A stretch of DNA of 53,247 nt from Candidatus Saccharimonadales bacterium (GTDB lineage: Bacteria; Patescibacteriota; Saccharimonadia; Saccharimonadales; Saccharimonadaceae): NCBI GenBank assembly GCA_036373975.1, contig DASUUR010000050.1, positions 1-53,247 on the forward strand. Reading direction: 5' to 3'. Made by a program: the position numbers and the translations under genes. This document shows positions 28,905 to 37,582 of the stretch, one piece after another (within the stretch, counting starts at the first letter, position 1; the number at the start of each line of letters is the position of its first letter). Under the pieces are notes generated by a model. That model worked only from the letters and a program-made list of their open reading frames with translations. It was not told the DNA's origin and did no database searches.

Positions 28905-29100
28905 TACAGTACCACTTAAGCAGCAGCTTGTCGAACTAAACGAACTGCTCGAATGGTTTGACCAGCCCGACATAGACATTGAAGAGGCGATTGCTAAGTT
29001 CAAAGAGGCATCCAAGCTTGCTGCGGCAATTGAGAAACGAGTTAGTGGACTAAAAAACGAAGTAACCGTGCTTAAGCAGAGCTTCGAACAAGATAGGTAA
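28888..29100 (+). CDS. xseB: exodeoxyribonuclease VII small subunit
   Basis: 70-aa helical protein overlapping the xseA end, with the LEWFDQPDIDIEEAIAKFKEASKL pattern. Confidence 0.85.
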   Translation: MSAKSNTVPLKQQLVELNELLEWFDQPDIDIEEAIAKFKEASKLAAAIEKRVSGLKNEVTVLKQSFEQDR

Positions 29101-29102
29101 GT

Positions 29103-29612
29103 ATGGAAGTTTTGTTCTGGGTTGCAGGTGTGATAGTGGCATGTTTTGGGCTGGTTGTTTTTAGGGGGGCGCCATATGTCCCGACGCGCAAAGCGCAGCT
29201 CGATCAAGCGTTCGATAAGTTGTATCCCGTTGGCCTGCATGATGTTGTTATAGACGTTGGTTCTGGTGACGGCACTGTGCTCCGTGCGGCAGCAAAACGT
29301 GGCGCGAAAGCAATTGGCTATGAACTTAACCCTGTATTAGTGCTGTTATCACGTTGGCTAAACCGAAGTTATGCCCATGCGACAACCGTGCATTGGCGGG
29401 ACTTTTGGCGACAAAACCTCCCGCAAGACGCTACACTTGTCTACGCTTTTCTTGAGGGGCGGGATATAGCAAAAATGGAGTTACTGTTGGTACGACAAGC
29501 GCGACTTCGCAATAAGCCGCTGCACTTTGTGAGTTATGGCTTTGAGCTCCCCAACACCAAGGCGGTTAAACGAGTCGGGCCGTTGCTGCTATATCGTTTT
29601 GAGCCGGCTTAG
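29103..29612 (+). CDS. class I SAM-dependent methyltransferase with N-terminal TM helix
   Basis: VIDVGSGDGTVL motif I and AIGYELNP motif II. Confidence 0.7.
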   Translation: MEVLFWVAGVIVACFGLVVFRGAPYVPTRKAQLDQAFDKLYPVGLHDVVIDVGSGDGTVLRAAAKRGAKAIGYELNPVLVLLSRWLNRSYAHATTVHWRDFWRQNLPQDATLVYAFLEGRDIAKMELLLVRQARLRNKPLHFVSYGFELPNTKAVKRVGPLLLYRFEPA

Positions 29613-29637
29613 CATAAGCTTTACAAAATTCACCTAG

Positions 29638-30315
29638 GTGAATATAGTTAAAAGCATGCGAAGTAGAAAAGATTTTTTACAACAAGGCGCGATGAACGGC
29701 CTGTTAATTACAACGATCGTGCTCGGCGTCCTTATGGCGGCATTTGGTGTCGTAATGGTGTGGGCACTCTTGAACTATACCGATCAAAAAAACAATGTTG
29801 ATGGTAAGATTGCGAGCGCTGTCGCGGATGCCCGCCGTGCACAGAGCGAAGAAGATGATGCAAAATTCGCCGAACGTGAAAAAGAGCCATACGATCGCTT
29901 TACCGGGCCCGACGATCTAGGGCGAGTAGAATTCAACTATCCAAAGACCTGGAGTGTATATATTGCGAAAGATGGCCGGAGCGGTGGCTACGAGGCTTAT
30001 CTTAACCCAGTAAAGGTGCCCCCAGTTACGACCAGTCAGCAGTTTGCACTGCGTGTTCGCGTGGAAGAGCGAACCTATGAATCTGTGGTGCGCAGTTATG
30101 AGAGCAGAGTGCAGCGCGGTGACTTACGCAGCTCGGCTGTCACGGTAAGTGGCTACAGCGGTACTCGATTGGATGGCAAGTTCTCAAATGACATTACTGG
30201 TGCGATGGTGCTGTTTAAAGTCCGCGACAAAACCTTGGTTGTAACAACCGACGCTAAGATCTTCCAGAATGATTTCGACAAAATTATTCTGAAATCCCTC
30301 AGCTTTAACCCGTAA
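29638..30315 (+). CDS. hypothetical membrane-anchored protein
   Basis: One N-terminal TM helix (LLITTIVLGVLMAAFGVVMVWALL) and a soluble beta-rich domain. The start is uncertain (GTG at 29638, or a downstream ATG). Confidence 0.5.
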   Translation: MNIVKSMRSRKDFLQQGAMNGLLITTIVLGVLMAAFGVVMVWALLNYTDQKNNVDGKIASAVADARRAQSEEDDAKFAEREKEPYDRFTGPDDLGRVEFNYPKTWSVYIAKDGRSGGYEAYLNPVKVPPVTTSQQFALRVRVEERTYESVVRSYESRVQRGDLRSSAVTVSGYSGTRLDGKFSNDITGAMVLFKVRDKTLVVTTDAKIFQNDFDKIILKSLSFNP

Positions 30316-30356
30316 GTGGTAAAAAAAATTCTCTTGCGCTACACTGAGGTGTAGAT

Positions 30357-31100
30357 ATGAGTGCGGGGAAAATTTTACAGCAAACACAAGACGAAAGTGA
30401 CTTTACACTCTCGTCTTTAGTGGCGGCTGCGCATGAGCTCAAGTCACCACTGGCACTTATAAGGCAGGCCTCGCTTATGCTTCGTGATCCTGAATTGGCG
30501 CAGGATCCACACCGGCGCGCACGACTCCTAGAGCAAATCACCCTTACGAGTGAGCGTTCACTGCGCCTTATTGAGATGATAACTCGCCATGCGCGGCTTG
30601 AAGACGCCCTATTCGAGCTGGAGCCTGTCCACGTGGGGCACATATGCGAAGAAGTGGCAAGCGAACTATGGCCGCTCACTCAGACTGCGCAGCGCGATGT
30701 GGTGCTAACGGTGTCGAGCCAGTCTGTTGTGGCTGTAGCTAACCGTGACTTATTGCGGTCAATTGTTCTAGGCCTTTGTGATAATTCATTCGCCTATGCC
30801 TCGACCGATCGCCCCCTTGAGCTTAAAGTTGGGCAGTATCAGGGCGCGGTGCGCGTAGCGGTGCGCGACTACGGCCCGAGGTTACCGCTCGAGTCGTTCC
30901 GCAGGCTGCAACACACTCTTGGCAAGACCGTACAACCGGTGAGTCAGCGTCCGCAGAGCAGCGGGTTAGGCCTTTTTGTCGCTGGCCGCTTCGCCGAATC
31001 AATGCGCGGTAAGCTAGGGACGGTTCGTCACCGTGAGCATGGCATGACTTTCTTTGTTGATATACCTGCTTCGCGACAGTTAAGCTTGTTATCTATATGA
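30357..31100 (+). CDS. soluble histidine kinase with no TM or recognisable sensor domain
   Basis: H-box AAAHELKSPL; the HATPase region has a degenerate N-box (CDNSFAY), DYGPRL at the G1 position and GLGLFVA as the G2-like element; 247 aa. Confidence 0.85.
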   Translation: MSAGKILQQTQDESDFTLSSLVAAAHELKSPLALIRQASLMLRDPELAQDPHRRARLLEQITLTSERSLRLIEMITRHARLEDALFELEPVHVGHICEEVASELWPLTQTAQRDVVLTVSSQSVVAVANRDLLRSIVLGLCDNSFAYASTDRPLELKVGQYQGAVRVAVRDYGPRLPLESFRRLQHTLGKTVQPVSQRPQSSGLGLFVAGRFAESMRGKLGTVRHREHGMTFFVDIPASRQLSLLSI

Positions 31101-31465
31101 GCAAAAAGATTTTAATTGTCGAAGATAACGACTGGCTGGCGGAACAGTTTGAAGCAATTCTTAGTACAGAGTTTTCTACGGCGCGGGTTGCCGATGGTGC
31201 GGCGGCCATGGAGATAATTGAACAGGATTTACCAGATGCACTTCTGCTCGACATGCTGCTTACTGGGCCGGGCGCGCTCGGGGTGTTGCATGAACTGCAG
31301 TCGTATGCAGACACCTCAAATTTACCGGTAGTTGTGTGCACAAGCTTGCCTGATCGCCAACAGCTGGCATCGTCGCTTGCTGCTTACGGAGTGAGAGCGG
31401 TGCTCGATAAAACCACCGTGACACCGCAGCGGCTTTTACGCACATTCCGCGAGGTTATTGTATGA
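31097..31465 (+). CDS. single-domain response regulator (receiver only)
   Basis: ATGA overlap with the kinase gene; the IVEDND and LLLDMLL Asp positions and LDK. Confidence 0.8.
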   Translation: MSKKILIVEDNDWLAEQFEAILSTEFSTARVADGAAAMEIIEQDLPDALLLDMLLTGPGALGVLHELQSYADTSNLPVVVCTSLPDRQQLASSLAAYGVRAVLDKTTVTPQRLLRTFREVIV

Positions 31466-32139
31466 CACCGATACGTACCGAGGCTATTGTGCTACGCCGT
31501 ACCAATTACGGTGAGGCTGATCGTATACTGCAATTGCTCACACCCGAACACGGCAAACTATCGGTTATAGCAAAAGGGGTCCGACGTGAGAAGAGCAAGT
31601 TGGCCGGTGGGGTCGAGCTCTTGGCTGTGAGTGACCTTGTAGTGCAGAAGGGGAAAGGGGAGCTAGGTATTCTTACGAGTGCCCGCTTGCGCACATTTTT
31701 TGTTCACATTCTTGATGATTACACTAAGCTTCAGCTTGCCTATGAGATTTTGAAAAAGGTAAACACTGCTTCAGAAATGGTACCCGAACCGGAGTGGTAC
31801 TACTTGGCGAAGGAAGCACTGGCGGCCTTGGATAATCCTCAAATAGGAGCTGACCTAGTAGAGTTGTGGTATAGACTACAACACTCCTCGTTACTAGGCC
31901 ACGGATTAAATCTTAAGAGCGATAGTAATGGACAAAAACTTAATTCAGCCGAGCGGTATGTGTATGATGTACAAGAAATGGGGTTACGGGTAGCGACGGG
32001 CGGTGATATTACGGCTAATCATATTAAATTACTACGGCTTTTAACTGCTAATACGCCTGAGCGGGTTGCATTGGTGAGCGGGATAGCTGAATTGCTGCCG
32101 GCTGCTTTACGGTCTCTACGCCAGCATGATCAAGGGTAA
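31462..32139 (+). CDS. recO: DNA repair protein RecO
   Basis: The N-terminal OB fold (EAIVLRRTNYGEADRILQLLTPEHGKLSVIAKGVRR) is canonical for RecO. ATGA overlap with the response regulator. Confidence 0.9.
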   Translation: MTPIRTEAIVLRRTNYGEADRILQLLTPEHGKLSVIAKGVRREKSKLAGGVELLAVSDLVVQKGKGELGILTSARLRTFFVHILDDYTKLQLAYEILKKVNTASEMVPEPEWYYLAKEALAALDNPQIGADLVELWYRLQHSSLLGHGLNLKSDSNGQKLNSAERYVYDVQEMGLRVATGGDITANHIKLLRLLTANTPERVALVSGIAELLPAALRSLRQHDQG

Positions 32140-32178
32140 CGCACCCTCACTTAAGCGGGAGACTTAAGTGAGGGTGCG
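32140..32178. terminator. bidirectional terminator hairpin (perfect 16-bp stem)
   Basis: CGCACCCTCACTTAAG-cgggaga-CTTAAGTGAGGGTGCG between the convergent recO and 32181..32519 genes. Confidence 0.8.
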
Positions 32179-32180
32179 GG

Positions 32181-32519
32181 TCAGGCGACAGGGATTGCCG
32201 CCTGCTTGTTCGTGCCGTTCAGGGCGGCCAGGGCGTCGGCCAGCTCGTAGTCGTGATTCATGAGAGCGAAGAATCGCATTGTCTCCCGAATGACGAAACG
32301 CTCCCACCACTGCGAAGCCGAACCGATGGCTCTGTAAAACGCGTGCTGCGCCTGATCGTGCGCTTTCAGAAGCGCGCAGCAGACGCCGTACATGTACTCA
32401 GCGGCCGCCGAGTTGCGGATGATGTTCGCGGCGTGGCTGAAGTACATAGCGGCGACCTCGAAGTCCTCGCGGCTGAAGGCGCTGCGACCCTTTGCCATCG
32501 CCTCATCAAAACCGAACAC
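32181..32519 (-). CDS. hypothetical all-helical 112-aa protein, GC3-rich
   Basis: GTG start after GAGGAG. Its own extended -10 (TGATAGAAT) corresponds to plus-strand 32553..32561. 24 of the first 30 codons end in G/C. Confidence 0.6.
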   Translation of the reverse strand: MFGFDEAMAKGRSAFSREDFEVAAMYFSHAANIIRNSAAAEYMYGVCCALLKAHDQAQHAFYRAIGSASQWWERFVIRETMRFFALMNHDYELADALAALNGTNKQAAIPVA

Positions 32520-32571
32520 GGAATCACTCCTCTGGAATATGACACTGTTACTATTCTATCAAATAATTCCT

Positions 32572-32612
32572 AAAAAAAGCAAGTCCCTGCTCCGAGCAAT
32601 CGGAGCAGGGAC
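32572..32612 (-). terminator. rho-independent terminator of the 32620..33372 gene
   Basis: 12-bp stem GTCCCTGCTCCG/CGGAGCAGGGAC, followed on the minus strand by TTGCTTTTTTTA. Confidence 0.8.
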
Positions 32613-32619
32613 GGACCAG

Positions 32620-33372
32620 TTAGGCCTTGGAGTCACGCTGGGCGTGCTTCAGTGCCTTCCTGATGATCGGAATGGCTCGTTGCGCTAGCGGCTTCACCCG
32701 CTCGTGCAAACCTGCGCCCCCAAGGACGAGGACGGGCACCTCCAACATCCTTTCTGGGTTCTTGGAACTGAGTGCCAGGCCAGCGGCATGCATGGCCATA
32801 GCGAGGCGTTGCGGGGTGGCTTCGACCTTGAGCAGGCGAACCATCGCGTTCAGCTCGTAGGGGCTGTGGCCGTGCAGCGCACCCACCGCTTCGCGCAGCC
32901 AGGCGCGCCCAGTGCGAACGTCGCCCTGCTCGCATTTCAGCAAGCCATGGAAGCTTCGCGTGGCTTGGTATTCGTGATCCAGGTTGAGCTTGTCCTGTGC
33001 GGATTTTGCGGTCTTCGCCGCTGCGCTCAACAATGTGGCCGAGTCGATGAAGAGTTGCTCGGCCAGCCTGAGCTTGCTCGGGTCGCCGGCGTGCAGACCC
33101 CAGTCCATCATCAGTTGTCCGCGATCTCGCTTGACGCGAGCGAGGTTGGCTCCGATCGATTTTTCGGTCGCTGTCACGAATGACTTGTCGGCCTCGCCGT
33201 AGTGCGCGGGCCCGTCGAGGCGCAAGGCAATGCCGAGCAGCTGATGGGCCTCGAAACGCTCCGGGTCTTTGTTGATTGCGTCACCAAGCATTCGCTTAGC
33301 TGCTGGTCGATTGCCCCGGTCGAGGAGTTCCCCAGCTTCTTTGACGTGCTGGTCGTAATCCGTCACGGTCAT
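32620..33372 (-). CDS. hypothetical helical-repeat (TPR-like) 250-aa protein, GC-rich
   Basis: ATG at 33372 lies 7 nt after GGAGG; the ORF-track start at 33405 is probably too early. Long shadow ORFs in other frames reflect the high GC. Confidence 0.65.
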   Translation of the reverse strand: MTVTDYDQHVKEAGELLDRGNRPAAKRMLGDAINKDPERFEAHQLLGIALRLDGPAHYGEADKSFVTATEKSIGANLARVKRDRGQLMMDWGLHAGDPSKLRLAEQLFIDSATLLSAAAKTAKSAQDKLNLDHEYQATRSFHGLLKCEQGDVRTGRAWLREAVGALHGHSPYELNAMVRLLKVEATPQRLAMAMHAAGLALSSKNPERMLEVPVLVLGGAGLHERVKPLAQRAIPIIRKALKHAQRDSKA

Positions 33373-33478
33373 CACATGCCTCCAACTAGTTCTTGATCGG
33401 AACATAGCTATAGCAACACAGTTAATTGAATAAGTAAACTATCATACAGAGGTAGCATGTAGTATAATGGCCGGTATT

Positions 33479-34906
33479 ATGGCACAGAATACTCCAGCAC
33501 TCGAAGATATCGTAAGCCTCGCAAAGCGTCGCGGCTTTATTTACCAAGGCTCTGAGATCTACGGTGGATTGGCGGGGACCTGGGACTATGGCCCCCTGGG
33601 AGTTTCCTTAAAGCGCAATATTATGCAGCTGTGGTGGCGCATGTTCGTTGACGAACGCGACGATATGTATGGTGTTGATGCGGCAATACTTATGAACCAA
33701 AAGGTATGGCAGGCGAGTGGTCACGTCGATACATTTGTTGACCCACTGTGTGAAGATATGGTGAACAAACGGCGCTACCGAACCGATCATATCTTAAAAG
33801 ATAAAGGCATCGATCCAACGGGCATGACTATGCAACAAATGGACGCTGCGATAATTGAAAATGGTATCAAGAGCCCTGATGGTAACCCCCTCAGCAAATC
33901 CCGCACCTTCAATATGATGTTCCGTACATTTGTGGGCCCAGCGCAAGGCGAGGAGGTAACCATTGGCGAGCCACTTGACGGGGACGGCGCGGGCAATAAC
34001 CTAGAGGGTCGCAAAGCCTTCACGTATGAGCAAAGCAGCGTTAGCTATTTGCGCCCTGAAACTGCCCAAGGTATCTTTACAAACTACAAAAATGTCGTTG
34101 ATAGTTTTTATCCAAATCTGCCTTTTGGTGTGGCGCAGCAGGGCAAGGCATTCCGCAACGAAATTAGCCCGCGTGATTTTGTATTCCGCAGTCGCGAATT
34201 CGAGCAAATGGAAATAGAATATTTCATTCACCCTGACACATGGGAGGCTGAATTTGAAAAATGGCGCGAACTTACCTGGGAGTGGTGCCGAGCACTTGGC
34301 CTTAAAGATGAAGACGTGCATGAACTTGAAGTACCCGCAGAAGATCGCGCACACTATAGCAAACGAACGCTCGATTTTGAATATCGTTTCCCGATTGGGC
34401 TTGAAGAGCTGTCTGGCTTAGCATATCGCACAGATTTTGATCTTGGTAATATTCAGCGTGAGAGTGGCAAAAATATGGAATACACTGTCAAAGGCACGAA
34501 TGAAAAGTTTATTCCCCATGTTATTGAGCCGACATTTGGTGTGGAGCGAGCAGTAATGGCTGCGCTCTCGGCGGCATATACTGAAGACGAAGTAAATGGC
34601 GAGAAACGAGTGTATTTGAAACTTCCGGAGCATCTTGCACCCGTTAAGTTTGCAGTTTCGCCACTTCTTAAGAATAAGCCTGAGCTGGTTGAGAAAGCAC
34701 GCGAAGTATATGGTGCTCTGAAAAAGAAATACGGTGCGGTTATGTGGGACGACAACGGCAATATCGGGAAGCGCTACCGCCGCCAAGATGAAATCGGTAC
34801 GCCGCACTGTGTTGTAATTGACTTCCAGACACTCGAAGACGGCACAGTAACGGTGCGCGATCGCGACACAACCGAACAAAAACGGGTTGCTAGCAGCGAG
34901 CTATAG
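33479..34906 (+). CDS. glyQS: glycine--tRNA ligase (homodimeric alpha2 type)
   Basis: IVSLAKRRGFIYQGSEIYGGLAGTWDYGPLG N-terminus and the FRNEISPRDFVFRSREFEQMEIEYF motif 2. The ORF-track ATG at 33467 overlaps a TATAAT hexamer, so 33479 is preferred. Confidence 0.95.
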   Translation: MAQNTPALEDIVSLAKRRGFIYQGSEIYGGLAGTWDYGPLGVSLKRNIMQLWWRMFVDERDDMYGVDAAILMNQKVWQASGHVDTFVDPLCEDMVNKRRYRTDHILKDKGIDPTGMTMQQMDAAIIENGIKSPDGNPLSKSRTFNMMFRTFVGPAQGEEVTIGEPLDGDGAGNNLEGRKAFTYEQSSVSYLRPETAQGIFTNYKNVVDSFYPNLPFGVAQQGKAFRNEISPRDFVFRSREFEQMEIEYFIHPDTWEAEFEKWRELTWEWCRALGLKDEDVHELEVPAEDRAHYSKRTLDFEYRFPIGLEELSGLAYRTDFDLGNIQRESGKNMEYTVKGTNEKFIPHVIEPTFGVERAVMAALSAAYTEDEVNGEKRVYLKLPEHLAPVKFAVSPLLKNKPELVEKAREVYGALKKKYGAVMWDDNGNIGKRYRRQDEIGTPHCVVIDFQTLEDGTVTVRDRDTTEQKRVASSEL

Positions 34907-34913
34907 AAGAAAT

Positions 34914-34943
34914 GAGGCCCTCCCCGAAGTCGGAAAGGGCCTT
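34914..34943. terminator. hairpin between the convergent glyQS and 34957..35268 genes
   Basis: GAGGCCCT...AGGGCCTT stem. Confidence 0.45.
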
Positions 34944-34956
34944 CCTGGAAGAGGAC

Positions 34957-35268
34957 TCACAGAGCCAATCGCGTCTCGATGCGACGACTGATATCGCGTG
35001 CTATCAAAATGCCTTCAACTCTGGCTTCTTCTCCGTTTGGGGGCTTTGGGTAGGTGTCAAGATCATCACTTACCTGTAGCACGCCGTCGTTATACGCATA
35101 GCTCCGGCCAAGGGTCTGGGTGTAGCTGGTGAGGTCATCCAGTAGGGCCTCAAGCCCACCTTTTCCCACCATGCTTTTCAACAGAAGGGTGTCCAACAGG
35201 AAGGTGAAGCGGATGCGATTCCTTCTTTTGTCGATGACAGCACTGAGGTATTGTGTGCGCTCAGTCAT
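34957..35268 (-). CDS. hypothetical 103-aa protein
   Basis: ORF with GAAGGGA upstream and a TGTGTATAGT -10-like element. I recognise no family motif. Confidence 0.45.
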   Translation of the reverse strand: MTERTQYLSAVIDKRRNRIRFTFLLDTLLLKSMVGKGGLEALLDDLTSYTQTLGRSYAYNDGVLQVSDDLDTYPKPPNGEEARVEGILIARDISRRIETRLAL

Positions 35269-35386
35269 GGCACGTCCCTTCGTGAAGGTGGGATTTCACT
35301 ATACACATTAACAGCACCTTCTGCAATTACCCTCGATTGGGTAATTTATACGCAAATAGCCCTCTAAAACTGTATAATAATGAGCA

Positions 35387-36289
35387 ATGATTACTTACTA
35401 TACCGATGGTAGCTGTAGCCCTAACCCAGGCCCAGGGGGGTTTGCAGTTATTAAAAATATGCAGCCAGCAGTACTGGGCGCCGAGAAAGAATCGACCAAT
35501 ATTCGCATGGAAGGCAAGGCGATAATTGCGGCGCTGCGAGATGCTGGCGGTGCTGAGTGCCAAATCTACACCGATAGCGAATTCTGGATCAATGTCATTA
35601 CCAAATGGTCAATCGGCTGGGAAAAGAATGGCTGGAAGAAAAAAGGCGGCGAGATCAAGAATCTCGATATCGTTAAAGAGGTGTGCCCGCTATACCGCGA
35701 TTCCAATGCAGCCCTGACATGGGTGCGTGGACATGCGGACGACCCAGGCAATGAGCTCGCCGACGAATGGGCGAATATTGCCCGAGAACGGTTTGTGCGC
35801 GGCGAGTCGCTTACTATAGAGCCAGAGGCTACTCAGGAGCCAAAAAGCGTTGAAGAGCTCATAGAGCAATATCTTCCGGATGGTAAAATAATGCAAATCG
35901 CAACCGTGAGCGATCAGCAGCCCTGGATTTGCACGGTATACTATGTGCAAAGGGGCACCGATCTGTATTGGCTCAGTTTGCCCGATCGTCGCCACAGCCA
36001 AGAAATCGCAGCCCATAACAAGATTGCAATCGCAATTCCAATTAAATTTGACTCTCCGGTCATCGGCATCCAGGCAGAAGGAGCGGCAGGGGTAGTTGTA
36101 AACCATGACGAAATCGCCGAGGTCATGCAGCACTATGTGTCAAAATATGGTGAGGGTCAGGATTTCTATAACAATTTTGTAGCTGGTAAAAACAAACACC
36201 TTTTGTATAAGTGCAGTGCCAAAAAGTTTGTATTGTTTGATGAAGTAACCTTTGCGTCTGCCGAATCTCGCAAAGAATGGCTGCTCTAG
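35387..36289 (+). CDS. rnhA: ribonuclease HI fused to a C-terminal PNPOx-like (YhbP/UPF0306-like split-barrel) domain
   Basis: RNase H catalytic residues in YTDGS, MEGKA, IYTDSE and HADDPGNELADEWA. The C-terminal ~150 aa (IMQIATVSDQQPWICTVYYV...IGIQAEG...KFVLFDEVTF) follow the pyridoxamine-phosphate-oxidase-like pattern. Confidence 0.75.
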   Translation: MITYYTDGSCSPNPGPGGFAVIKNMQPAVLGAEKESTNIRMEGKAIIAALRDAGGAECQIYTDSEFWINVITKWSIGWEKNGWKKKGGEIKNLDIVKEVCPLYRDSNAALTWVRGHADDPGNELADEWANIARERFVRGESLTIEPEATQEPKSVEELIEQYLPDGKIMQIATVSDQQPWICTVYYVQRGTDLYWLSLPDRRHSQEIAAHNKIAIAIPIKFDSPVIGIQAEGAAGVVVNHDEIAEVMQHYVSKYGEGQDFYNNFVAGKNKHLLYKCSAKKFVLFDEVTFASAESRKEWLL

Positions 36290-36342
36290 ACTTTGTAAAA
36301 ATTTGAGCGCATAATTACGATACAAAATTATTGGAGGGCAGT

Positions 36343-36759
36343 ATGGAGGTAGCAGTAAACTGGTGGGCAATAGTTCTTGCCGCACTTTCGTCAATGGCGG
36401 TTGGTTCAATTTGGTATGCAAAGTCGACATTCGGCAAAGAATGGATGCGGCTCATTGGTAAAACCGAGAAGCAGCTCAACCAAACAATGTGGCCTATAGT
36501 CATAACACTACTCGTGAGTTTTGTAACGGCCTTTGTACTGGCGCATGTTACGTATTTATCTAATAAATTCTTTGGCAATTCGTTCCTGCAAGATGCACTA
36601 AGTACGGCCTTTTGGCTTTGGCTCGGGCTGGTAGCAGCGCGGTTCCTAACGCATGATCTCTTTGAAAACCGACCTCTTAAGCTGACGGTTATGAATATTG
36701 GACACGAACTTATCACGCTACTTGTAATGGCCCTAATTATTGGCCTAATGCAACCGTAA
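36343..36759 (+). CDS. DUF1761-like membrane protein
   Basis: The VNWWAIVLAALSSMAVGSIWYAKSTFGKEWMRL N-terminus is typical of DUF1761. The ATG at 36343 follows GGAGGG. Confidence 0.65.
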   Translation: MEVAVNWWAIVLAALSSMAVGSIWYAKSTFGKEWMRLIGKTEKQLNQTMWPIVITLLVSFVTAFVLAHVTYLSNKFFGNSFLQDALSTAFWLWLGLVAARFLTHDLFENRPLKLTVMNIGHELITLLVMALIIGLMQP

Positions 36760-36771
36760 TAAATGTATTCA

Positions 36772-36800
36772 GGGCGCTCCGTAGGGTGTACGGAGCGCCC
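36772..36800. terminator. bidirectional terminator hairpin (12-bp stem)
   Basis: GGGCGCTCCGTA-gggtg-TACGGAGCGCCC between convergent genes. Confidence 0.75.
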
Positions 36801-36805
36801 AGTGT

Positions 36806-36961
36806 TCACCGCGCGTCAACGAGCCAGTGGCTACTTTGGTAGTCCCAGCCCACGAACATCACAACCGGCCGACCCTCTTGGCGAGCTTTTTGGTTAAACT
36901 CGCCGAGACGGTCTGCTACGCCGATCAAGAAATCTCGAGTCGTTTCGCGTAGCACCTCTAC
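36806..36961 (-). pseudogene. 51-codon open frame that continues the 36962..37150 ORF in-frame across a TAG stop
   Basis: My manual translation of the minus strand gives VEVLRETTRDFLIGVADRLGEFNQKARQEGRPVVMFVGWDYQSSHWLVDAR*. It is in phase with the upstream ORF. There is no convincing SD for the internal GTG at 36955. Confidence 0.3.
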
Positions 36962-37150
36962 CTACGGGATGCTCCTAAAGTTTGCCAAAGCTCGGATAAC
37001 CTGTATTGTCACATATTCAAAGGTTGTGTCATTCATGCCCTTGATCTGGACAACACGATAGCGTGGGCTACCTCTGAAGAGGAAGATTGCCTCCCCGGGC
37101 CTCAGGTCAACCGCGAACTCATCGGCGAGATCCATCGAGATCCCTTTCAC
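36962..37150 (-). CDS. hypothetical 62-aa protein (possibly the N-terminal part of a nonsense-interrupted 114-codon gene)
   Basis: The GTG start overlaps the TGA of the upstream 101-aa ORF (GTGA). The ORF ends at the TAG at 36962..36964. Confidence 0.4.
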   Translation of the reverse strand: MKGISMDLADEFAVDLRPGEAIFLFRGSPRYRVVQIKGMNDTTFEYVTIQVIRALANFRSIP

Positions 37151-37452
37151 ATTGTCAGCCAGTCGTCGTTGTCCAGCCCATTCTCCAGGAATTCTGGGAA
37201 CTGAGTTACGAACGTCCGTACATTGCGCAGCCGAGCTCGCATCCCATTCCGAAACTCTTGGAGCCGTTCTGGAGTTGGGAGTGACTCAGCGAGTAGTAGG
37301 TGGGCAAGTACGAAGCATGCAATATGCTTGTGACATGCTTCTGACATGGTTGCTGTCCGATGAATTGCACAAAGACGCTGACCACTTAAGGAGATCACGC
37401 CTTCGCGCCCATTATTTGTGTACTCAAGGCCTAGTACGCCAAAGTCTGACAT
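37147..37452 (-). CDS. hypothetical 101-aa protein
   Basis: ORF-track ORF and first gene of the minus-strand module. GAGAGG lies 12 nt upstream of the ATG. Confidence 0.4.
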   Translation of the reverse strand: MSDFGVLGLEYTNNGREGVISLSGQRLCAIHRTATMSEACHKHIACFVLAHLLLAESLPTPERLQEFRNGMRARLRNVRTFVTQFPEFLENGLDNDDWLTM

Positions 37453-37582
37453 TTGCCATCACGCCTCTCACTTGTGCGGATCCCCATTTACTCTATAGAC
37501 TCCTATTAATAATGTAAACAGCTAGTATAAGCCCCCCAACCGAGCTATACTAACAACAATTACAAACAAACAACGAGGGTAT

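Noticed and set aside
32627-33396. Multiple long ORFs on both strands (32633..32935 minus strand; 32704..33183, 32984..33202 and 33202..33396 plus strand) inside the 32620..33372 gene
   Set aside because: These are shadow ORFs caused by high GC. They lack SDs and have Arg/Ala/Gly-rich, low-complexity translations.
35325-35346. 8-bp palindrome AATTACCC-tcgatt-GGGTAATT between the divergent 103-aa ORF and the RNase H fusion
   Set aside because: It could be an operator, but an 8-bp inverted repeat in an AT-rich intergenic region is well within chance. I have no supporting evidence.
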